Below are positions 49,101 through 61,525 of a stretch of DNA of 64,000 nucleotides, in pieces. Below the pieces are notes generated by a model. The model ran no database searches and was not told the origin of the DNA. It saw only the letters and a program-made list of their open reading frames with translations. The stretch comes from Camelus dromedarius (taxonomy: Eukaryota). Both the position numbers and the translations under genes were made by a program. Within the stretch, counting starts at the first letter, position 1. Every line of letters starts with the position of its first letter. The stretch spans positions 80,788,001 through 80,852,000 of the forward strand of contig NC_087437.1 of NCBI RefSeq assembly GCF_036321535.1. The letters run 5' to 3'.

Positions 49101-52100
49101 ATATCTTGAGAGTTATATAGATTAATAGTCTCTCCATTTTACAGATGAGGAAACTTAGTCCCAGCACCAGAGAGATTTTGGAATTTGTCTCCATAGCAAA
49201 GAAAAGGGATTTGAAACTAGGTCTTCTAATTCCACATTAGTGTTCTTTTTATCATATTGGTCTTAATAAAACTAGTAATTTAGAGGAAACTTGGAGGTAA
49301 TGTGCTTTGTAATGCCCCAAAGGAATAATCCAATTATTGATATAATTTATCTTTTTGTTTGAATTCTGGAGAATCAGATTTAATAGTTATTTCATCCACA
49401 TGATTATATTATTCTATGATAAGAGTTTCTGTAGATTTGTTAAATCACAAAACACTTTGGTTCTAAGTCCGTGGAAGGTTAATGTGAAACCCTCCCAATC
49501 TTTAACTTTGTAGACCTTTTTGGAATGATTAGTGGGAAAAGTCCTTTAAATTGTGCCCATTAAGAGAGAGCACAGGAACTTTTGGGAGCACACAGAGAGT
49601 GAGTGTTGGGACCTTGTCAGCCACAAAACAAACCTCGCATCGTTAGTACCTTCCTTTAACTATTTGTCTCACCATAAAGAATAATAACATAGATTCTATG
49701 TTAGGGCATTAGTGTTCTCTGTGCAGTGAGTTTTATTTACTGCTTAATAACTGTCATTAACTCACATGGTCATTTTTGTATCTTTGTTTTCCTTAGAAAC
49801 TGACGTATGCAGAGGAAACCGTCAGCAGGTGAGTGTCTTTTTTCCCTAAGTTCATGTTTGGCAACAGAGAGGTATTATACCTACTCCAAGACTCACCCCA
49901 AATTTAATGATTCCTTCCTATTTTTTCGCCAGTTCCTGCAATGACCTGGCCTGCGGGTAAGTCTCAAATGCTTTTCCTCCCCTTGAGGCCACTTCCCTTT
50001 CCAGACCATTTCCATAACCACTATGCTTGTTTACTGTCTGAACTTACCAGGAGGCAGACTTGTTCTTTTCTCTTGGGTGAGAAAACAGATTTTTGGAAAT
50101 GGAATATGAAATGATCTACTGTTGTTGAGGCTTACAGGCTAATGATAATATTGATCTAAAATGGTATACCTTAGTGGGAGATATTTTATTAAATGACGGG
50201 TGGTGATACGAGTCACTTTATTATGTAATGATGATTATGATCTTGAAACATAGGAATAGCACAACCTTGATGAATCCTCCACTGTTATGAGTCTTGGCTC
50301 TGTTGGTCTTTAGGCTTAAGATTAAGGTCATTTCTGGCTCCTGAGCAGAAAGCAGATCATGGAGGCTGAGGGATTTCGAGCCTACAGGGACTAAGGATTT
50401 CCAATTCAGTCCACACTCTCAAGATCTAGATTATGCCAGCATGTGGGTGATTATTTTGAAAAGCACCACCAGGGCATGCAATTCAGATCAGAGTCTTGAA
50501 TTTTGCCTCAAGTTAGATGGAAGGACAGATTGAAAAACCAACTAGGTGAGTCAGTGTTCAGAGATCCAGCCTGGAGAGCAAAGTCCAGGCAAAAGATAGA
50601 GCACACATGTGGGTGGTAGTGGGGTGTGTGTAAGTTTCAAATCAAACTGAGTAAACAGGAGGGAAGTGGGACTCTTTGTGGTCTCACTTCATACAGCTGA
50701 TGATACCACCAAGTCTATGCTGGGGCCTGGGATTGAGCACCTATTTAGATGTGGGGCCATGTGGTGTTTCAGGTGTGGGTTCACCACTGAGAGGCAGAGC
50801 TCGAAGTTTCCTTGTGATTGCCATTGCAACACACAGGCAGTGCACTAAATAATCTGGTGGGTCCTGCCAGTGCCAGTAATCTTCATGGTTGTACCTAATA
50901 AAAATGATAGCACACCTTACACATCCTGTATGGTTAAGAAGCACATACAAGCTATAATAAATATGGCTTTTCTCCATCACAGCCAGACATCTTGAAAGCG
51001 TCTCCATTTAGGTCCAGTCACTGCTTAACTCCCTGCCATCTCATCGTACTGTTGTATCTTCAATAACCAGCACAGAGCCCAGTCTAGGATATGTGCGCCT
51101 AAGTGTTTGTTAAATGAATACCTGAGTTTCTGTTCAATCACCCAAGTCTATTATCAGGACCCTGATGCTATTCTCAATGTAAGGATGGATCTTTGGAATT
51201 TTTTTCCTGGTATCTCAGTTAACTTAGATTTATAGATAAGGATGCCTATCATGATCACAAAGACAAATACACATCTTTTTTTCAGCATATATTTTATTCT
51301 GTTTGGGATGACATGTGTGCCATTAACCCCTATTTTCTTTTATGTTTGTTTTGCATTTCCTACTTTTCATAATGGTTCTGCATATAATATTTTACTTAGT
51401 TTTCATCAACATCTTTGTGAAGTAAGCAGGGTAGGAGGTGTTCCTGTTTTAGAGATTAGTTCTTGAGGCCCAGAGCAACTGAGATATTTTTCCAAGTTAT
51501 ATGCAAAGTTAGTGATACAGCTGGGACTAGCACCCAGGATTCCTAACTCCTTGCCTGGAGTTCTTTTGTGGTCACATGCTGATTACAGTCAATAGATTCT
51601 AGAGCAAAGTAAAGTATAGAAAATTGTAAAGGGGAGTAGTAATCTAGTTTTGAAATTATTGCTGGCTTGTTTCACTATATTTTTAGCCATATATTCCATG
51701 GGGCTGTGATATCTTTTGACACAATTCCATCTGAATTCCACTGACATGATTAGGCAGTAACTGTGAGGAGTAAATTATGTGCTGGATAAGCTGAGGAAAT
51801 AAGACAGTAGGGGGTGGTTTGCTGCTGGGATTAAACTAAAAGTCTTAGCCGACCAACTTCCAAATTTGTAGTTTGGCCTAGAAATGAAGTATTTCTGTCT
51901 CCAGACTCAAAGCGACTCTGTTCTAGCTCTGTTGTGAGTGACTCTGGTCTAGCTCTCTGCAGGAGGCGTGCCTAATGAGAGCATGTGAAAGGGTTCTTGT
52001 TGTTAAGTGTTCTTTATTGTCTTTTGAAAGGAGTGTGAGAGGATGAGGGGATTCAGTGTTGGAGTGTTAGACAAATGACTTGAGTTACTGAGAGTTGCCT

Positions 52101-55100
52101 ACTTACCATCATTAAAGTAATGTTATTTTGAATTCCCTAAGTGAAATCTTGTTCTGCTGAAGTAAACAAACTTTCTCCATTCTGAATGCTTACTTAGAGA
52201 ATTAGCTTCAGTTCGATTTGGATGTGGGGAACGGTTTGACCAACCCCAGGTGAGGTCTGGTTTTTCTGCCATGTCGTCCCACTTTGCTGTTCTAGTGACT
52301 GTATTGTGCTTTGTCTTAGTTGAACTTCTTTGCTCTTCTTATCCAATTGTTCTTCAGAGCTCTCCAACTTTGACTGGATTTCCCTTCCTCTTTCTTTCTG
52401 GGTCCTCATATACTTTGATTTTTAGGTCATTTATATAATAAGATCACTATAATTAAGACTAAGTAAAACCATCTTGGTTGCTCTTCTAGAGAGAATGGGT
52501 CACATAAAGGCCATGTTGTCTAGAATTGAGGTGGAAAAGAGTGAGATTTCTAGAATCAGATGGCCCTATTTTACATCACAGCTCCTTCGTTGGCTAGCTC
52601 TGTGACCCTGAGCAAATTCTTAATCTCTCCTAGCATTAGTTTCCTCATATGTCTAAATCGTGGTAATAGAGTTTTTCTCTGAAGATTGATGCCAGAATTG
52701 AGTTAACCAAGGTAAAGCACTTAGCACAGTGCTTGGCAAATGATAAATTTAGTTGTAATCATTTTTGCTATTATTACTATTTTAAAATTGTTTTTATTTA
52801 TTTATTTTTTGGGGGAGGTAATTAGGTTTACTTATTTTAATGGTTGTACTGGGGATTGAACCCAGGACCGTGTGCATGCTAAGCATGTGCTCTACCACTG
52901 AGCTATACCCTTCCCCACTTGCTGTTATTATTATTGAAAAGGGAACTGGATATGAATGGGAACTTTAGGTGTGGCTTGGCCATATCAAGTCATTGTGTGA
53001 CCCTGGGAAAATTGCTTTGCCCATTTGGACCTCAATTTTTCATCTATAAAATGAAGATACTGGGAAGGGGTTCTGCCTTGTAGGCAATTAATAAACCCTA
53101 TTCAAGCCTTATTGTGTCAATGTCTGTTCCAAATGCATCTGAAATCCCATTTTTTAAGCTCCATCTCCTGCAACCCAAGAAGCCTTTCTCATCACCCATT
53201 ACTCATCATTCATCATAATGACTTATCCAAATGTTATATTCCTTTTGGTTCTTTTGGATGACAGCTCACTCAGTAAGCAATTTCCTGCAAGTGCACTATA
53301 AATAACCAATAGTAATGGATTTGGTGTACTGGTCTAATACGTTACTCTTTCTTAGATAGTATTTTTTTAAACCAGAAGAATCTTTATGATGAGATTTTTT
53401 TTAACCTATGTTTCTCAAATTTTCTGCCAAAGCCTGGGGGTTTAGGGAGCATGGCCCTAGTTAACTCCCTGACTCGTTTCAGTCATGAAATGTTTTTGAA
53501 TTATCATATTTTATCTTAATATTCATTTAAACTTTATAGTCTACTCTATAATATATAGCTACATTTGTTTTAATTAGAATGTTTTAAATTTCCTATCAGT
53601 TCTTACTTAGCTCTCTACTTATCTATGCTTCAAGTAAAAAATTGATGGTTCAGGATGTGTGGCATGTTTATCTGGTGGCTTTGAGTCTGCCTTCCCAGCC
53701 CCCTGATCTAGTTTACAGCAGCAGGACAATCTAAATCTGAATGGGACCTACTGCGGCACTGGCAAGTCTGAGAAGGAGACATTTTGACTGTGATTAAATC
53801 ACTTTTTAAAGCTCACTTGTGTAAAGTCAGAGAGAGTATTCAATTATTATAATTTAAATTAAATATTTTGGGGTATGTGGAAATTTGGACTTGCAGAAAC
53901 CCACTTTCTTTTCTTTAGAGCAGGGGCTTTCTCAGATTATCCTCTGATCTCTTCTGATCTTTGCTTGCAGTCGCAGACTGGCGTGGTAAAAGCATGGCTG
54001 GGGGACCTGACACCTGTTAGCAGTATGGCCTACAGCAAATCAGTTCTCTAAGCTTGACTTTTTTATATTAAATTTTTTTTCTGATTTCTGTGATCTCTCA
54101 AATGAGATGAGATTTGGGCTTACGTGCTCCCCTTAGCAGCCAGTATTTTCGTGTCTGTACTACTTGTTGAATTTGTAATCATTTATTTGTTGTCTGTTTT
54201 CTATAAGACTGTAACCTTCATAGACCATGGGTGTTTCGTTCACAGCTATATGCCAAGTGCCTTCTACACTACACTGGTTGGCCAATAGTATTTATTTATT
54301 TATGCCAAAAATATCTATTCAGTGCCTACTAAATGGTGGCACTGATTCTGATTTAGGATGGAGATATGGCAAGAATACAGCAGGTAAGGTCCCTAATCTC
54401 ATGGAGTTTAGATTCTTGAGGCAGTCCTGTTCAATAGAACTTTCTGTGATGATGGACATGTTCATTACTGGGCTGTGTGATAAAGTAGCCATTAGCCATA
54501 TGTGTTGAATACTTGAAGTGTGGCTAGTGTGGATGAGGTTCTGAATTTTAAACTTCATTTAATATTAAATTAAATTGTCACATATGTCCACTGACTGTCA
54601 TGTTGCACAATGCCATTCTAGACAGTTAAGGGGGCAGGGGACAGAGATAAAGAAGTAGATAAATAAATGAACAGAATAATTTCACATAGTGATAAGAACT
54701 GAGAAGAAATGAAACAGCGTTATGAAATTTTAACTAAGGGATTACTTTATGTAGGGTGACTCTAGTTGAGTAGGCATCAAAAATGTAAAAGTAAATGAAT
54801 TGTAAAGACTATTATTACTAGTTTTTAAATTTGCTGCTCAGTGCTTTGGTTTGGTAATCCTTGTTTGGAGATCTAGTTAATTCCTTTTAGGAAAACAACC
54901 CCCCAAATAAACTCTCACATTTTATCATGTTGTTAACGCCAAACATTTTTTTTCCTAGCCCCGAACTGTCATCTCCAGTTCCTGTTGGTGATACCTCAAC
55001 ATTGGGAGGTATGCTTTTGTGCCTTTATGCAATTTTTAAATTGTTTATTATTTAATTGCAAGTGAGCACATTTTTCAGCTCACATTTAAAAAATACTATG

Positions 55101-58100
55101 TTTCTTTCTCCATGTGTTGTTCAAGAGTCTCAAGAAATAGTAATTTTTTAAAAGTTATTTTTATGAAGTATAGTTGATTTACAATGTTATGTTAGTTTCA
55201 GGTGTACAGCAAAATGATTCAGATTCATATACACACACACACACACACAAAACTATTTTTTTTCAGATTCTTTTCCATTATAGGTTATTATAAGATATGA
55301 ATTTAGTTACCTATGTTATACTGTAGGCCCTTATTGGTTACATATTTTATATATAGATGTGTGTATCTGTTAATCCCAAACTCCTAATTTATGCCTCCCC
55401 CTCTAGAAAAAGTAATTCTTTTTTTTACTTATTTTATGACATTATGATGTAGGTTTCTAAGAATCTTAAATTATTAAGTATGATACGAATCTGAAGACTG
55501 CTTAAAACAAATGTACAATGTAAAGAATTATATAGGCAAAAACCCTATAACCACTGCTTACGTCAAAAGGTAGATGAACCTTTCTAGCTCCACCGTTTGT
55601 CATTTGTCTTGTAAGGCTTTCCAGAGTAAGGATTTTTCTGATTGCATTTGTGGTGTACTTTAACATGTTTCTTTGACCTCTGTATTTCCTATAAATTGCT
55701 TTATTCTTAATTTTTTTTAAGAAGGTCTTCTTTATTGGAAATTTCAAACATGTAGAAAAATAGCACAATGAGGCCCAGCTTCGACAGTTATAATTCATGG
55801 CCAGTTCCAACCTTCACCCACTACCCCTCTCTGAGAGTTCGTTTTACTAGATAGACTCTTAAAGATAGGAACTTTGTATCCCTGGTGTCTTGCTTAAAGC
55901 CTGCCATATAGTAGGTATCAATTAATACTTGTTGAATTATTGAATGAGTCATATTTATTTCTTGTGCTGGGGAGGCTCTAAATAAATGTGTCTTGAGGTT
56001 AGAATGCACAGAATTTCTAGGCATGCAGATACTTACAGAAGAAGCTTTGAAATCAGTTTCTTATTTCCTGATATGAATTCTAATTTCGTCAGGGACTGAC
56101 TTCATACATGTTTTTGCTTTTCTACTTAGGTGCTAGTCTCAGTGTTCCATATCCAGGAGTGACCTCCTATGAAGGTATCTCAGAGAGCAGCTTGGAGAAG
56201 CCAGAAGAGAGTGTAAGTGATGTTCTATTTTGTTATTTAGTTTCTAACCTGGAGGACAGGGCTTAAAGGAGATTTATAGTCCATTCTCAGGTGACACAAA
56301 ACTTCAGGTGGTTCCCTTTGTGGAAATGTTGTAGATTCTAAAACTAGCACATTAAAAAGAATCTGCGATTCCTTGGTGAGCCAAGTAAACCTGCTTTTTG
56401 GCAAAGGATGGCTTCAAATTGTAAGTGAGATGACTTGGGGCCCGGGGAAGTGTCGTCAGGGTAAGCCTACTGTCTTTTGTGGGCTGTGTACATAATTGAT
56501 TGTGAGGGTTTTTGCCTCTGTTCTTCTATCCTTTAATAAATCAGGACTTAGTCTTTTCTTCAGAGGGAAAGGATATAGATTTTAATGTAGTTTAAAATTA
56601 AAGAAGTACCAGGCTTTTAAAATGCATCTTTACTAATAGTAATCTGTCCACTAAACAACATTAAACTGGCTATCACAGTCAAATTAAAAGAAAAGTGTAC
56701 ACTTTCAGGAAGATAGAAACATTTTGTTAGAAATTTTATTAAAAATGCATAAATCCTAGATTACTTAATACACAGCAAACTGAACTTATTCACTAGAAAG
56801 GTACAATTTTGTTACCCTGCACCTTCTCTTACCAGCTTGGACATTTTAACATCTATCAAGTCAGGTTAAGCTCCTTCCCTGTCACTGAACAAGGCTGGTG
56901 GTGGTTTGGGATCCTTGAAGAGATGTCTGAATCAGTACTTTTACCCTTAGTACAACCGTCCATATTAGATGGTACTGGAAAATACTGGCATTTGATAAAT
57001 ATTTGAATAAAAAGTAATACTGTAGTTCTGAACTGGAGTCTGAACAGTTATGATTTAGGTCTAGAAACATTTACAGGATGAGACAGAATTCCCTGTAATA
57101 GAAATGAAGGGACTGTGTGTAATCAATTGGATGGAGCGTTCCAAAACAGAGAGGATGACTTGAAGCTAGTGCATAGAACCAGTAGGAAGACAAAGCAGCA
57201 CAGAGGTACATAACGGGAATTAGAGAGCCTGTACCTCTAGTTCAAAGTGAAGTCTGATGTACAGTTTTACAGTTCAGTTTTTTTCACTAATATGTTTTCC
57301 AGATACTATTTTAGAAATTACGTACTTGATTTCTGTCTTCATATATATAGTACTTACCCTGTATATTATTATGTGTATTTAATCAGCAAAATTTAAGTTT
57401 TTCAGAATCTTTATTCTTCTCCTGAGTCATGCAGGAACATTAGAACGTTAGAATGATTCAAATGATCACCCTACTGTTTTATATAATATTTTTCAGTATT
57501 TTTGTTCTTTCTCTCTTTTAGTTCTCTCTTTTTAATCCCACAAGTTAGACTGTATTATATTTGTTATATACAGTTAAAGTTTGTTTGTTTTGTATTTACC
57601 CAGATGTTTACCATTTTGGCTTCTTAAAACTTTTTTTTTTTTTTTTTTTTTTGCATTTTAGACCTCTCTTTTGGAATAATTTTCCTTCTGAAATATATGC
57701 TTCTGATATTACTTTAGTGAGAATTTCTCACTGGTTCAATCTCAGTTTTTGGTCACCTGAAAATTTCTTTATTAACTCTCTATTCTAGAAAGATACTTAA
57801 AAATCTATATTAAGGTCTAGATTGAGTTTGGTTGTGGTTTTTTTTTTTTGGTCAATGTTTTATTCCACTATCTTCTAACTTTTATTGTTGCTCCTGAGAA
57901 CTCATCTAACAATTCAGTTCTTACTCCCTTGTTGGTAATCTGGCTGTTTCCTTCATTTACTTTTAAGATATCTCTCTATCTCCATCTATATATCTATATC
58001 TAATGATAATAGATAATGATGAAAATTTCTCTGAATTTATTATAAACATAAAGCCTCATATTAAGGAAGTACAACAAATCCAAATCAAAATAAATAAATA

Positions 58101-61100
58101 TAAATACACTCCTATGCCCATTTTTGTGAAACTGCACAATCCCAAATGCTGTGAAGTGCACTTTTGGAAGTATGCTATAGTGTACTAATTTTAGGATACA
58201 TTAATAGAAATTAGAGTCTACTATATGGGAGATGATAGTCATACCATATTTTAATTGATCAGACCTCAATTGTGTGTACCACAGTCTAAGGAAGACATTA
58301 AGAGCCTGAGAAGTATCAGGAGGAAAGGAGATGGTGAAAAGTCAGGGAAGACGTGATAGCTGCCTGTACTAATTTGATGGGCTCTCTCTGGGGACTACAG
58401 TTTTTATATATGTTCCAGGTTACAAAACTGGGATCAGTGGAAATTTACAGAGAAATATATTTGAGTTTAATATTAGGAACTTTCCAACCATGAGAGAGCT
58501 TTTTTGGAAATGTAATGGTCTGCCTTTGAAAATCTTTCAAAGACTTTCTCATCAGAGCCATTTAAACTGAGGATGTACAAATATTTGTTGGGAATACTGT
58601 AGAGAGAATTCAAGCATCAGAAGGGATGGTGGAATCTTTGAGGCTTTTCACAGTTGTGAAGTTTTGAAAGTCTCTGGTTATATGATCCATCAGGACAGAA
58701 AACTGAAACAGTGTAAAAAGCCCCTGTGCTCTTTTCCTGACTCTGCCATTGGTTTGCTGTGAGCCCTTAGGCTAGCCATTCTTCTGTCTCAAACCCTGTT
58801 TTTCTTGTGTTTCAAAATGGAGGGACTTGGATTAGAAGAGCACACGTGTGTTTTGCATTCAACAGTTATTACTGTGTGGTGCTAGTAGTGTTGTTCTATT
58901 CCCCTCAGACCCTCTACATTTACTAATTGGAATCTTCTGTAAGAAACCATTGTCAGCTCTTTCTCACTTGTTTACTAAATATTTACTTATATCAGTACAG
59001 ACTCATGGATATTTATTTTATTTTTTAGATTATAATCCACTATTTATTTTGTTGCTCAAATTGTTCCAGCTTTAGCTAGTGAAAGACCTGAATTTAGATG
59101 TTACAGAGTACAAAAAGTTTGTTGATATGGTTTCAGATTCCACACGACAATTAACCTTTAAAAACCTACCACTTGCTGAGTTTGGCATAGGACCTGAAAA
59201 CAATAACCACGATTATCTGAAAAGGCTGTTAAGTATTCCTGCCTTCCCCAGCACATACCTGTGTGACTAGATTATATTCATGAACTTCAACAAAAATAAC
59301 ATTTTAAAAAATTGAAGTATAGTCACTTTACAATGTTGTGGCAATTTCTGGTGTACAGCATAATGTTTCAATCATACATATACATGCATATATTTGTTTT
59401 CATATTCTTTTTCATTATAGATTACTACACGATGTGGAATATAGTTTCTTGGGCGATAGAGTAGAAACTTATTGTTTATCTATTTTATATATATAAATTA
59501 ATTAATATTTGTAAACCTTGAACTCCTAATTTATCCCTTCCCATCCCTTCCCTCTCTGGTAACCATAAGGTTGTTTTCTATGTCTGTTGAGTCTGTTTCT
59601 GTTTTGTAAATAAGTTCATTTGTGTCTTTTTTTGTAGGATTCCACATATAAGTGATATCATATGGTATTTTTCTTTCTCTTTCTGACTTACTTCACTTAG
59701 AATGATGATCTCCAGGTCCATCCATGTTGCTGCAAATGGCATTTTATTCTTTTTTTTGACTATGTAGTATTCCATTGTATATGTATGTATACACTATAAC
59801 TTCTTTATCCAGTCATCTGTCAATGAACATTTAGGTTGTTTCCACATCTTGGTTATTGTAAATAGCATTGCTATGAACATTGGGCATCTATCTTTGTGTA
59901 TTAGAGTTCCCTCCAGATATAAAACAACATATTGAATGCCGAAGCAGGTATGAGAATCCAGCCATCTTCTATTAAGCCAGACATTAAAGAATTTGTAAAA
60001 ATATAAACATTACTCTTCTCACTAATTTTTTTTATTTTGCAAAATATGTTTTTCATTTTTACATGTAATGAGTTTCTTATTTTAAAATTATTGTATTTAA
60101 TTAATTAATATATGTATTAAAAATTTCTTTTAATTTTTTGTTTGGTATATATCGATAGATATAACCCACAAAAACCAAACTTCTTTGGTTCCTCATGAAT
60201 TTTAAGAATTTAAAGGAGTCTTAACACCAAAATGTTTGAGAACTACCCTTCTAGGCTATTTTTAGATGATAATTTCAACTCTTTTTCTTCTTTCAAAAAG
60301 TTTTTCCTTCTATTTTATTTATTTATTAAAATTTTTGTATAATTTCCTGTGCTATACAGTATATCCTTGTTGCTTATTTATTTTCTGTATAGGAGTTTGT
60401 ATCTGTTAATCCCATACTCCTAATTTGTCCCTCCCTCCTGCCCTGTCCCCTTTGGTAACCACACGTTTGTTTTCTACACCTGTGAGTCTATTTCTTTTTC
60501 ATATATACATTCATTTGTATTATTTTTTTAGATTCCATATGTAAGTAATATATAGTATTTGTCTTTCTCTGTCTGACTTATTTCACTAAGCGTAATATTC
60601 TCTCAGTTCATCTATGTTGCTGCAAATGGCAGTATTTCATTCTTTCTTACGGCTGAGTGATATTCCATTGTGTGTATGTGTATGTATATGTGTGTGTGTA
60701 TCATATCTTCTTAATTCAGTTGTCTGTTAATGGGCATTTAGGTTGCTTCTATGTCTTGGCTGTTATAAATAATGCAGCTCTGAACATTGGGGTGCATATC
60801 TTTTTGGATTAGTGTTTTTGTTTTTTCTGGATATGTACCCAGGAGTCATGTGACAGTTCTATTTTTGCTTTTTTAAGGAGTCTCCATACCGCTTTCCAGT
60901 GACTGCACTAATTTACATTCCCACCAGTGTACAAGGGTTCCCTTTTCTCCATATCCTCTCCAGCATTTGTTATTTGTAGACTTTTTGATGATAACCTTTC
61001 TGACAGGTGTGAGGTAATACCTCATTGTGGTTTTGATTTGCATTTCTTTAATAATTAATGACGGATTATTTCAGCTCTTTTTCTACTCACTTATAAACAG

Positions 61101-61525
61101 TCAACTTCAGTGGTTATCTGTGGAAAATTTTCTATCTTTCTCTGAACCTGTCATTGTGTATTGAAATGAATGTACAAATACACAGTAATTCTAATACTAG
61201 CCTGTCTTAACGTCTACCAGTTAGTTTCAAAGTAAAATAGTATATAAACAGTCACCATCAGAAGTTGTCTTTAGCACAGGACCTGACATATAGGTGATCA
61301 ATAAATATTTGTTGATTGAATAAGTAATCATTGACATTTATTGTTCTCTCTCTAAAAATCCAGATTAGCAATGAAATTGAGAATGTGATAGAAGAATCCA
61401 CAAAACCAGCAGCTGAGCAGGTTGCAGAATTCAGTATCCACCTTTTGGGAGAGCAATACAAGAAAGAACTACAGGATCCCTCCAGCTTCTACCACCAGCG
61501 CCTTGCGGAAGAGTTTATTTCAGAG
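37086..61525 (+). CDS. IMPG2: IMPG2 interphotoreceptor matrix proteoglycan 2 (SPACRCAN), 5' part, 8 coding exons; continues beyond window
   Basis: Spliced frame [22 protein letters not shown]...[13 protein letters not shown]...[18 protein letters not shown]...[11 protein letters not shown]...EFISE matches IMPG2 as recalled; SENP7-IMPG2 adjacency is the known mammalian synteny. Confidence 0.97.
37676..37927 (+). CDS. IMPG2: IMPG2 exon 2 ([13 protein letters not shown]...KYFKVR)
   Basis: tgtag| acceptor, |gtaagc donor; within ORF 37588..38100. Confidence 0.96.
38630..38798 (+). mobile_element. camelid vic-1-type SINE with perfect 18-bp TSD
   Basis: tRNA-like head, A-rich tail; TAAAAAGCCATAATATGG at 38612-38629 and 38799-38816. 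Confidence 0.92.
39449..39484 (-). pseudogene. tailless retropseudogene of the 5' half of tRNA-Ile(TAT)
   Basis: reverse complement (A)GCTCCGGTTGCACAATCAGTTAGCGTGCGGTACTT vs tRNA-Ile-TAT GCTCCAGTGGCGCAATCGGTTAGCGCGCGGTACTT; flanked by 17-bp direct repeat. Confidence 0.85.
40050..42040 (-). mobile_element. LINE-1 (L1MB/MC-like) 3' part
   Basis: about 2 kb of antisense L1 3'UTR and ORF2 motifs (ttgttccagcatcatttattaaaaaga; gggattttgactgggattgtgttgaatct). Confidence 0.88.
42640..42859 (+). mobile_element. Tigger2-type MITE (artiodactyl Tigger2a-like)
   Basis: TIR-like ends tagtggaccctggaaaaacac / ttattcaaaagtcaacta; internal ccacttatacatggatttttttc. Confidence 0.75.
42885..43612 (-). mobile_element. 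LINE-1 (L1MB-like) 3' end
   Basis: ttgaggtataattcacatac...aagcaaccactaatctactttc...ttttgtgactggcttc. Confidence 0.85.
43905..45300 (-). mobile_element. old LINE-1 3' fragments (L1MC/ME-like)
   Basis: antisense L1 3' motifs (gtgaaatttacatagagtgaaatgcataaatcttaagtgtac; ggcttctttcactcagc). Confidence 0.75.
46340..46918 (-). mobile_element. LINE-1 (L1MC/MD-like) 3' end
   Basis: T tail then agttttaggtttacagaaaaatagagcagaaa...cccctggcaaccactga. Confidence 0.82.
47237..47403 (+). CDS. IMPG2: IMPG2 exon 3 ([17 protein letters not shown]...RSLIMK)
   Basis: ttcag| acceptor, |gtaaat donor. Confidence 0.96.
47597..47862 (+). mobile_element. short LINE-1 3' end insertion with 13-bp TSD
   Basis: tagcacagagaactatattcagtatcttg...gtataactgaatcactttg; ATAATAAGCATTG at 47584-47596 and 47863-47875. 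Confidence 0.85.
48480..49088 (-). mobile_element. LINE-2 remnant
   Basis: gtttggatttaactctgtagttgataggaaaccattgaaagg...gtctgggttataaatatagctataggaatcaccagc. Confidence 0.7.
49797..49828 (+). CDS. IMPG2: IMPG2 exon 4, 32 bp ([10 protein letters not shown])
   Basis: cttag| acceptor, |gtgagt donor. Confidence 0.93.
49933..49956 (+). CDS. IMPG2: IMPG2 24-bp symmetric micro-exon (SCNDLACG)
   Basis: pyrimidine tract + gccag| acceptor, consensus |gtaagt donor, phase 2-2, no stop; resembles rodent SCKDQSCG as recalled. Confidence 0.85.
52570..52770 (+). mobile_element. MIR SINE
   Basis: tgtgaccctgagcaaattcttaatctc...agtttcctcat...aaagcacttagcacagtgcttggca. Confidence 0.78.
52782..52916 (-). mobile_element. 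camelid vic-1-type SINE with degenerate 17-bp TSD
   Basis: reverse complement GGGGAAGGGTATAGCTCAGTGGTAGAGCACATGCTTAGCATGCAC; TTGCTaTTATTAcTATT 52765-52781 / TTGCTgTTATTAtTATT 52919-52935. Confidence 0.9.
54422..54616 (+). mobile_element. MER3-like hAT-Charlie MITE inside an L2 remnant
   Basis: cagtcctgttcaatagaactttctgtgatgatggacatgttc...gtagccattagccatatgtg. Confidence 0.8.
54959..55008 (+). CDS. IMPG2: IMPG2 50-bp exon ([16 protein letters not shown])
   Basis: cctag| acceptor, |gtatgc donor. Confidence 0.94.
55146..55404 (-). mobile_element. short LINE-1 3' end with internal (CA)n and ~13-bp TSD
   Basis: gaagtatagttgatttacaatgttatgttagtttcaggtgtacagc; AGAAATAGTAATT 55133-55145 / AGAAAAAGTAATT 55405-55417. 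Confidence 0.85.
56130..56212 (+). CDS. IMPG2: IMPG2 83-bp exon (ASLSVPYPG...EKPEES)
   Basis: cttag| acceptor, |gtaagt donor. Confidence 0.93.
59078..60250 (+). mobile_element. Charlie1-like hAT DNA transposon fragment split by an L1 insertion
   Basis: ORF 59079..59270 ([19 protein letters not shown]...AFPSTYLC) resembles the hAT dimerisation region; resumes at 59921 and ends aaatgtttgagaactac. Confidence 0.8.
59303..59920 (-). mobile_element. LINE-1 3' end inserted in Charlie element
   Basis: ORF 59578..59775 [44 protein letters not shown] 59293-59302 / AAAACAACAT 59921-59930. Confidence 0.9.
60287..61063 (-). mobile_element. LINE-1 3' fragment with ~19-bp degenerate TSD
   Basis: antisense L1 3' motifs; GATAATTTCAACTCTTTTT 60268-60286 / GATTATTTCAGCTCTTTTT 61064-61082. 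Confidence 0.85.
61364..61525 (+). CDS. IMPG2: IMPG2 162-bp exon, start of first SEA domain ([11 protein letters not shown]...EEFISE)
   Basis: tccag| acceptor, |gtggtg donor; within ORF 61331..61699. Confidence 0.94.
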
